Shown here: positions 53,584-64,000 of the stretch, in pieces
Layout: each line of letters begins with the position of its first letter
Numbering within the stretch: position 1 is the first letter of the stretch
Source: Bugula neritina
Lineage: Eukaryota > Animalia > Bryozoa
Assembly: GCA_964035545.1 (NCBI GenBank)
Contig: OZ037765.1
Coordinates: 3,286,001 to 3,350,000 of the forward strand
Length of the DNA: 64,000 nt
Direction of reading: 5' to 3'
Made by a program: the position numbers and the translations under genes
The notes under the pieces: generated by a model
What the model was told of the DNA's origin: nothing
The model's input: the letters and a program-made list of their open reading frames with translations, nothing else
Databases searched by the model: none

Positions 53584-53669
53584 TCCCGTGAACCAGATTT
53601 GAACTGGTGACCTAAGGATTTCTAGTTGACAACTACAGTCCTCCGCTCTACCAACTGAGCTATCACGGG
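53584..53669 (-). tRNA. tRNA-Tyr(GTA) with 13-nt intron
   Basis: Identical to 3466-3551. Confidence 0.95.
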
Positions 53670-56600
53670 GTTATTGAAAATAGAACTATATATATCAATA
53701 CTGTAATATATTTCAGCAAATTATTAATGATTTACACTTCCACTATGCTATACTTGACAAGGAAATGACTTTTCCAGATGTTATTGTATTACAATAATTT
53801 GACAGGATAAAAAATAATTAACATACATGATGTAATAACATTTTCATTTTGTGGTAAGATTAGTTAAAGACATATAATTATTTTTAGGCATGAGCATTTG
53901 CAAATACTTTTTATCTCAGCTGCAACAATTACTAGCTATAATATATTATAATATATAGTAATTGTCAGATTGGTTGTCATGGCAACGTATAACTTGTTAG
54001 GCCAATACATTCCTCATGATAATCTTATTCTAGTTGATACAAAACATTACAAATATTCTTTTTTATTAAATTATTTTTGTCAGTCAATTTATTGAAGCTT
54101 CTTGCCTAATCACTTTTTTCACATTTGCTAGACAAAAAGTGAAATCCAATGCAAGTATATATATTACGCAATTTTTAAAAAAAATAATCATGTAAAATAA
54201 AAGTGGATAGCCACTTACAGTCAGCTTTTTCAATAATTGTTGAAACATTATTTTGTAGAACTAAATATATGAACGCAAGTATAATACATTGAACTATAGC
54301 AAAACTCGGCAAAGCACTTCCATGCACCACTGCCTCTTAAAGCGTTAAAGCCACTGCTATATAAGGTGGGCTGCAGAGCAATTATAGCCTTGAATAAAAA
54401 GCTATCTGTCAATGGCTTATCAAGTAAGAAATGATAATACAAATTTATTCTCCTGACGAGCTTGCTATATCTTCAAAAATCTAACTTGCTATTAACTTTG
54501 TCACTTGACTTAACAAACACAAGAGGTAGCGCAGCTTAGGCTATATGAGTGACTGTCTTTTTGGGGTTTCAACTTGCATTAAATACCAGAGCAATTACAA
54601 AGAAAAGGTAATTAAATCTAAAATTAGTAACAATTAAGGTCAGCAATAATTATGGGTACACATGTAATGACCTTAGCAAGGAAGATGAACTGGTTCCTGC
54701 CGAAACCCTAGAAGCGGACTTCAACAAAGGTGGTGGTTAGGCTTTATTTTTTATTAGGCAGCTGACTGCTGCATAGGAGAAGGAACATTCTAATAAAACA
54801 ACAAATATTTTTAAAAGGCTAAAAATATAAGTTCAACAATCTAGTGGTATTTGTAACAAAGACATAAGACCTGTGGCTACTGCAATTATGTGCCTTTGCA
54901 TCAAAGTTTTATTTTTACATTGACAACTAAATTATTAAATATGACAACTGAGTTTATATTGAATTTTACATAAAGTGAAGCAGAGTTTATCATTGATTAA
55001 GAAATTGAGCATAAGCATAAGAGTCTTATGTTCTAAAATAATTCTGATTTAGAAATATCCAATGAAATACAGAAATTGATAAATTGTTATTTAAAAATTT
55101 GACAAGGGTTATAGGTAATAATGAAACAATCAATTTAAATATAAACATTTAAAACCTTGGTAATGTAAAACATATAGAATATATTGTAGCATACTGTAAC
55201 CATGGTACGTATCAATCACTTAACGTTACCAAAACATTTTTATGTAAGCGATGCAAAACGCTAGTAAAAGCATCATTTTTCATAGGTAAAAATAACCTTG
55301 AAACTTAAACCCATTATACACACCAGTGTGCTGTTTGAGACAGCTTTATGCATTGTTTAATGATGTATAGTTGTATATTTATCTGTCAGGTATGAAGTGC
55401 GTAAAAACTGTATCTCGAAAATCTTTCTTTAGTGTTCTTTTCAAAATTATTTGCTTTATGCTTGAGTATTTTCATAGCAGAGTGCTTTCGCATAACTTCT
55501 TGGTTTTACCGAAAGGTCAACTTCATCATACTCAAGGTCACCTAACGTAGCCGGAGGACATGGTATCTCATACTCAGCGCTTTGTTCTTGAACATCGGGT
55601 ACAGTGGCATGTAATTCACTAGCCATGAGTGACAATCCCACTTCTTCATATTCAGGATTAGGCTGAGTTCTATTTTCTTCAGACTCAGTACCAGAAGATC
55701 TTCTCACCAACACCACAATAATAATCACTATTAGTAGAATGATAGTGAAACCCATTGGAACACCAACTGCTACTCCAACCACCCAGCCTGTCAATATAGA
55801 AAAGGATGTACAAACACACACAAATCTTTTTTTCACATTTACAAGAGATTCGGTAGTTGAAATCTGTCATGTAATACTGACAGAAAATTATTTAATGAGA
55901 ACTTTATATTATATTGAAACACTTCTTGATTATATGACAAAAAATTAACACCATACTCTCACTGGCAGTGGCTGTTATAGACTTTAAGTAATATAAACAT
56001 AAGTAAACATACCTTGAGTTGGTAGTTCACAGAGAGGAGGATTGTCAGACCATTCTCCTTTACCATCTACTAGTTCACATGTGATGATAGCAGGACCTTG
56101 TCTTGTATATCCTTCATTGCAAGAGTAAAACACAGATGAGTTCACATTCCAGATGTCATCCGACATTTTTATTGCTGCATTTTTCACGGGAGATGGTTCG
56201 GGGCATTTGATTGGTTGAAGTACTTGTGAGGTGCGGCTTATAGGCTCTATATAAGAAAATTTGTTTTAAGTTGATATTTATGCTCGATCCATGTAATATA
56301 TGTAAAAGTATAGTTATCTCCACATGTTAATATATATACTTGAACAAATAATTACTCACCCTTACTAGTTGTGTATGTTTCTTGCCATACTACATTCTCA
56401 TGTCCATCTAGTAGCTCTACTTTAATAATCAGTTCAAAGGTCACACCTTGCTGTTCGGTGAAAGTCCATGGTCCTGTCTTTATCTGATAGGATAATTCTC
56501 CACTTCCATAAGTTAATGTAACACTGGATACACAGTCATCAGCTTTCTGTTACAGTGAATACAGTAATTATTTATGTAATTGAAGATATAGGCTTTACCA

Positions 56601-57784
56601 TTATAATTTATGTTAAACCTATATGCATTGATGAACAGCATAAAAATATATAACAGTCTAAATTTAAAGCATTTAAAGCATTTGCAATTGGATTTTTAGG
56701 TGTTATCGTAGCATAATCAACCTATACATAGTCAATAAACACAAGAATGAAACACTATAACTTTATATTACAATAAATTAACATACATTACTTATATATT
56801 GCTATTAGGCAAAGGAATAAAGTGGTGTGATGTTACTACTATAACTTACTGCATATAGCTGTAGTCTTGTATGTATATATAACGTTGTGAATTACAATTA
56901 TAAACACCATTTGATATAATAAGAAACCTAAACCATCTTAATTGCTAGTTAAAAGGTCCGCAAGTCTTTTGGCACAACTCCAACTGCATGTATAATTTAG
57001 AAGCAGCCGCAGACTTGGTGATTAAAAATTATTTTCCCAAGCAAATATATTTCATCACTAAAATATAAACATACAAGATAAAAATATATACTTACTAGTG
57101 AAGGTACAAACACAGTAATTATTTTCTCTTGCTCTGGTTTCAGAACCCCACTTTCTGTTATTGTAACATCTTCAGGTGTCAATTTACCTCTTTCTAAAAT
57201 AGTTAAAGCTGATCGCAGTCTTTTCACTAAATTCAAAGATAAGTTAACTAAGATAAAGATTTAGGATACGGAGGAGACAACTCAACATGTTCATAAACAT
57301 TTTAAAAAGACATTTTCTGTGACGAGCATCACTTGTGTACTTAAACACTTTTCTCATACATTGTAAGCAGTCAAATACTCATACCTGCGCAGAATAGAGA
57401 GCTGACTGTATAGACATCTTGTATTAACTCTTCACCATTATAATTCCTCACAGTAGATACTCTAGCATAGTGAGGTTGTTGTATATTCAGATTACTAATC
57501 ACAGTCTCTCTGTAGTCTATAGAAACTAATTTAGAGCTTATTATTGTGCTGAAATTGGAGTTGTCAGAATATTCTATTTTAAAATGTGTAGTTGCGAGCT
57601 CCTGATTGGGTGTAGTAGCTAGAAATTCCCATATAAGTCTGATTTCTCCTGTTAACACATCTGTGTGAGAAGAGATTGGGTCTCCAGATAATTTCAAAAA
57701 TCCTAAAAAATTAAGTTTCTAAAATAATTAAGCTATACAAATATAACACCAAAAACTGGTAACTAATTGGGATGGAATCATAAT

Positions 57785-59090
57785 TGGTTTCCATTTGAAT
57801 TTGGTCTCCGTCGGCTAATTCGACCATAAAATGCACCTTGTCGATGGGCTGAGCAGCGGCGCCTGTGGCTGTGCAAAGCAATGTGTGTGTGGCAATCTTT
57901 GCCACAAAGGTCACACTTGTAAGTAGAATCTGATCTGTTAGCAGTGACCTAGTCTCTTCTGGGTGCTCTCTTTCCAGCAGCTGCACTGAGAAGTTTTTCT
58001 TCTCCGAATGTGAAATAGTGTTTTAGTTTTCTCCTCCAACTCGTGCGATCAGATGCAAGATTCTCCCAGAACGATGTGTCAATGTTGAAAAATTTCATAT
58101 TTTTCTTCCAGACATTTTTGTAGCGCAGCCAAGGCCGCCCATGATTTTGGCTAACGCTAGTTAGTTTGTTATAAAGAATGTCCTTGGGAATGCATCTTTT
58201 TTCCATGCGTCACACATGGCCAAGCCAGTGTAGTATGCTTTGCCTGAGCAGGGTACAAACTTTGCTGACATACAACAAAATGCTGACAACACAAGCATTG
58301 TACACTGCCATCATTGTGGACACAGTCAGTTTGGTTTTTTTAGAGACACGGTTTGCGAGAAGTGCCATGGTTAAGTTGCCGCCTTTTTAATCCTCTTGCT
58401 GATCTAACCACCAAGGGAGAGGTTTTTGGCAATGATGGAGCCAAGATAAGTAAACTCCTTGACAAAATCTAGCTCGTAGTGGTCTAATATAATGACAGGT
58501 GGTGCCAGTGTGTTTTGTCCTAGAACATTGATCTTTTTTATAGGCTAATGGTCAGCTCAAAGTCTTTGCAAGCCTGGAAAAAATTGTTAATGAGCTAGCG
58601 TCTGCAATCCTTGTTGTGTGTGATATGATAGCAGCATCATCAGCAAACAGCATATCTATGGTGACAACTTTATGTATTCTTGCTCCTACTCTGAATCTAG
58701 CGAGGTTAAAAAGTCTGTATGTAGGCTCTTTCTGATGAAGTACCAAAAGCATGCTTTAAGAGCACGGCAAAGAAGATACCAAAGACTGTTGGTGCTAGGA
58801 CGCAGCCTTGTTTGACGCCACTTCACATGTGGAATGGTTTAGAGAGATGGATGTCTAACTACACTGTCCCCTTTAAGTTGTTTTTAAAGGATTCAATCAT
58901 GCTTATATGCAGCTTTGAAAGGCAGCCGATCTGCCTCAAGAGCGGAGGGAGACACAATATTCTGGTGAGAACATAGGTTGTGTAGCACCCCACCCGTCTC
59001 TTCAACTTTTGGCGGTGATGACTTCTCTGGTAGAAGATTTGAAGGGGCCGTCTTGTTCTGAATTGGTCTCATGGCCATCAATTGATGCCA
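57785..59090 (-). mobile_element. Degenerate RTE-clade LINE fragment in intron 4 of gene E
   Basis: RT motifs GVKQGCVLAP (~58790-58820) and DMLFADDAA (ORF 58552-58752); RTE-type C-terminus IPKDILY...GRPWLRYK...WENLASDRTSWR (ORF 57949-58206). Boundaries approximate. Confidence 0.85.
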
Positions 59091-61901
59091 TCATACATTG
59101 TTTTTCTAGTACAGTTACGGTAAAACACTTAGTATAGTATATGAACATAGGTTTCACTCATTAAAACAATGAATATAAGTTCAGCAAACACTGCATACAG
59201 CAAAGATTTTAGACAAACATTGCATAAAAGCCTATTTTTAGATCAGAACTTGAAAAATATTTTTGTGCGTCACCAAAGCCATATAAATTTATACAGACAG
59301 TACAAAAATAGCTTTTTAATGTAGCATCGTTTTTGCTTTAAATTAAGAGTATATATAGCAGTATATTAATATAATTGAACAAAATATAAAGGCTATTATG
59401 TTATAGTTAGGCTTTGAAAATTATAGCAGCTTAAATTGAATTTTATGGTGTCATTATATAATGCTGCAACTAGAATGAAAAGAATAACCTCCTCAATAAT
59501 AACTATGGTTTGATTCAAAAGCAAATAATCATTTAAGTTTTTTAGAAAACACTAATTAAGATTTATTATATAACAAAAGTCATTAAAACATACTTTTTTT
59601 CAAAGCTAATAGCAATTTATTATTCAACAATGGAAACTGATGCAAAAATATGCAAAAATCAATTATTCTCGCAAAATCTTTGGTCAATTTTTGCTAATAC
59701 TATGTTTATACTGTTGAGTCTCAAAATTTGACCACATTATCTTTGTTTAGGCTGACAATGTGTTATAAACTTGAAAAATTAGATATTCAATTTTGAACGA
59801 ATTTGATAAAATAGATTTTTTCCTGGTTTATTTTCACTAAACTTATATATGATAGAGTAGTTTAAGCTGCCACCAACAGCTAAAAACATGTTCCCAGAGT
59901 CATCTTCGTCATAATATGAATAATTACACAAACAGTTTATTTTGTAGTTATTCTACCACCTACACTTTTACAGTAAATAAAAGTTATAATTGTAAGCTAA
60001 ACGTTCATATAAAATAAGCCGCAAAGTTGATTAACTAGCATTTACAATCTATAATATATGGATGATTTAGAAGTAAAGCCCAATCTTGAGCTACTGTAAA
60101 GAAGCTAGCAAGTTATCATATAGTACTCGTATTTAGTGGCTTATACAGAAAAGATTACTTCAGGCTATGTACTGCAAGTTTCTCTAGGTCAATTGAAAAG
60201 CTTACAGCAAAAGCATCAGCATGCAACTGCCAGATTACATAACAAACACAACTGACTGCTGGCCGTAAAATCGTAATTTCTATGCAGTTATGCAGTATAT
60301 AAATACTTGGTGAATTGAAATACATTATTAACTGCTAAGAAGACTCAGTTTACTATAATATTTGAATGTTCAAAACTTTGCTTATATGCCATGTTGCTTA
60401 GAGTAAATGTAGCCTGCATATGCAACAGGATACAGAAGGTATTTTAACTATAGGTCAACTTTCAGTACTTAAGGTGAGAACTTGAAGCTCACCAACTAAC
60501 TTTTTAAACTATTTTTATTGCCCTTCCCCCACTGATAAACAAGATTAATATACATTTGAATGGTAGGCATGATACAGCAGTTGCAATATGCACAGCTAAT
60601 GGGCAGGGTGCAAGACTCATTATTTTCAACTATAAATACAATTTGAACCAGTGCTGAATTCATATTCTATTATTCAACAGACTGCAGCTCATTACACTAG
60701 CATAATATGCAATCACCTGCTATGTAGACTCTCAGTGCTACTTCTACACGTTCTGTGACAACGTCTGAAGCTGTGAGTTGGTTTACTCTGGTTTTCTTCA
60801 GGTTACTTTTAAGAACATAAGCCAGTTTGATAGGATTTCTTTTCCTACTGGCTATAAATGCGACAAGTTTTATACCTCTACAACTAGATTTACTCAATTC
60901 CTCTACAGACAGAGCAAGAAAGTCTCCTTTTCTAACTACTTCTGTAGAGTTTTGTACAAATTGGAATCTAAATTCTCCTGTAGCTGTATTATATTCAGGT
61001 GTGAGTAGAGTTTCTGTAATCTGATTAAATACAGCAGAGTTACCTTCTCCTGTCTGTCTCCAGATAGCAGCATACGTGTTGCAGTCATTGTTCATAGTTA
61101 TAACAAAATCATATGTAAAATATTTCCAGCCAACTAAATATCCGTCTGTTTCTATCTGATAATGGAAGAGTAACATGAAATCATATCCAGTTGACCCATA
61201 AAGTGACATCGCTGTGTTGGTTGCATTGTCAGATTTATCTGAATAATATCATAATATTATCTCTAAAAATATGAACACTTGCTTAGCTTTTGCAAAGAAA
61301 AGCAATCGAATATAAAAACGTATTATGCTTAGTTAATATATACTGTCTATAGATCTTTTTGTAATAATAATGTTTTCAAAACAAATCAAACATCAAAAGT
61401 TTTACCCATACCTGAATACCAGAGAGGGAGGTTAAAGTACTGATAGTCTGTATGTACTTCTGGTGTCACTCCAGTATCATCTGATCTCTTGTTGACAATC
61501 TCACATTGATCTCCACTCACTGACTTCACTATAGAAATACAGTTATAACTGATGTCTTCATACTTTAAACAGAAACTCATACAGTCTCTGAGGCTTGATG
61601 TATTTTTCTGGCTGTACTTCTGTAATCCACTGTTTAGATAGTATCCTTTAGTAGCTGTCCATGGCTTCCATATTCCTGTGAACAAACATGAAATTTTAAA
61701 ACAGAATCTGTTCAGCACTCAATAATTTTGACCACCATATTTTTTTGCCTAATAACATAGTGAAACACTAAACAAACTATTCAATTAGGTTTAGGATAAA
61801 AATTCTCATGCAATATGAAAATTAAAAACGCATCATCTGTTGATATGCTGAAAAATATAAAAAAAAGAGTTTCTGAACTTTACATGCAGTATTTAATAAC
61901 T

Positions 61902-62254
<353 letters not shown>

Positions 62255-64000
62255 TCAACAAGTCTTGCAGTTACAGAATATTATATTTTCCTTATATATG
62301 GTAAGTCAATAAAGTCCTATAGAATTTAAAGGTTTTGTACTCACCAGCACAGTCTGGTCTAACAGAGTATCTCCACTGACTATCAGAACTACTAATAGTA
62401 CCAGTCTGAGTATTCTCTGCTAACAGTTGACAGTTTCCATTATCAGTTCTGTAGTTTATTGAGGCACATATGAATGATGTCTGCTGCATACACTGAGCTC
62501 TACACTCATCTTCACTGGTTACAGAGAGAGTCTTTATTCTACCGGATGTTATGTAAGGATCTAGTCTACCTACACCTGATGTCCAGTCACAGGTTAATCC
62601 TAAAAACATGAATAGAAAAAGCAGATTATCATACTTGTTCTAACTACTATAAATAGTGATGGTGACTAATTTTAAAACACTTTTTATGAAAACTTGAGCT
62701 GCTTACATAAATTAAACATGGGTAGAAAGAGTATATCATTAATTTGTAGCTTTGAGGTTAAACACTATGTTATGCTATATAACATACCTTGTACTGGTGT
62801 AGAGTTAGACACAGTAAATATAGAAAGAACCACAACTGAAAACACAAGTGTAGTATTCTGTTCATTTTAATACTATATGCTTAGTATAACGTCTATACAC
62901 TGAGATAGTATTTATTAAAGTGACTTGCATTAAGGAGGTATAAATACATGAATATTTCTAGAATAGTCATCTAGTGTTAGCATAATTTTGACATCATGGT
63001 AGGCAGCTGATTTCAATAAAATGAGCAAGTTCACAAGGTCAACAACCACGGCAGCTATGAAAAGAAATTGTGGTAAAGGCTCATAGGTTTTCATTTTACT
63101 TTATACACCTGTTGGCGGTAATAAATTTTAGAACAGTACATTTTTCAATCATAATTTTTAAATACAATGAAATTTAAAAATCAAAGAATTCTATTCAAAT
63201 ATATTTAAAAAAGTTGCTTTTCTTATAACTGCATTTGCTATAGACGGATTTTTGTATTATTGTTATTATTATTATTCCTTTACACATGGTGGTTGGAATC
63301 CTTATCATAATAAAAGCTGACAGCTGACGGCCTAATAAAATAATGAAAACACAACTGAAATATAATTGACACTTTAAATTCATTTAATTTTGAAGTTGCC
63401 TCTCATTTATATATATAAATGATAGTAATTCAAGGCAGATTTTACAGGTCAAGTAATGATCAGCTTTTAGCTATAAAAAGAGTAATTGCTTTCACATTAG
63501 ATATTAAACAATGAAACAATTTCACCTTAGTTTGTTCAGCTGTTTTTTCAATAATGACAGTTGCAAACTGCCTGGAGCTGCATGTATTGAAATGTAAGAC
63601 TTTCATATGTAAGTTGAAATGCAGCCACCCAGTAGATATAACTATACGTAGTTTACTTATATTTGTGTTGCATTGTTGTTGGAATTACACAGAACACAAA
63701 TTATTTAGCTTAGAATAATGATGTCAGATTTTTTGAATAAATATACTGCAAACACAAAAGATTATGTTTATCAATATAGAAACATAACAGAAGCAAAATT
63801 ACTCAACACATGTATTTATTTATTGATTGCTTATATCACTTTTTTAATAAACTATTTAATTCAAAGTAAGCCATATATTGGTTAACTGGTAACTGCATTA
63901 CTATAATATTAATTTAGTTTATCAATGCAATAAATGCAACAAACAAAATAATAAATACTCAGTTTTTTAATAATGGTGACCTCTCTGTTTAGAGCTGTTG

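Overview
AT-rich, intron-containing metazoan (probably invertebrate) DNA; the organism cannot be identified from this window. It holds a tandem cluster of paralogous single-pass receptor genes whose exons I assembled by hand. The architecture is signal peptide, PAN/apple, second PAN-like domain, uncharacterised ~166-174 aa beta-rich domain, FN3-like, a second beta domain split over two exons, sushi/CCP, glycine-zipper TM and a tyrosine-motif tail. Copies A (7773-20445, -) and B (25366-37040, -) splice into open frames of 752 and 749 aa. Copy D (42704-51502, +) has a nonsense codon in exon 3 and a short tail without motifs. Copy E (55456-62865, -) has a +2 frameshift in its signal exon. Two orphan TM exons remain (C at 40684-41009 and one at 1124-1299). 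Four intron-containing tRNA-Tyr(GTA) genes lie between the copies, each with a conserved RFX X-box-like motif upstream. The paralogues show hypervariable patches in a constant framework, exon-limited conversion-like tracts, a chimeric copy (A), and toggling of ITIM, NPxY and YxN motifs. This suggests a rapidly diversifying immune or self/non-self recognition receptor locus (inference). Mobile DNA includes a Tc1/mariner element with a nested LINE fragment, an RTE LINE, and two Gypsy LTR elements with a zinc-finger accessory ORF, one split by an inversion.
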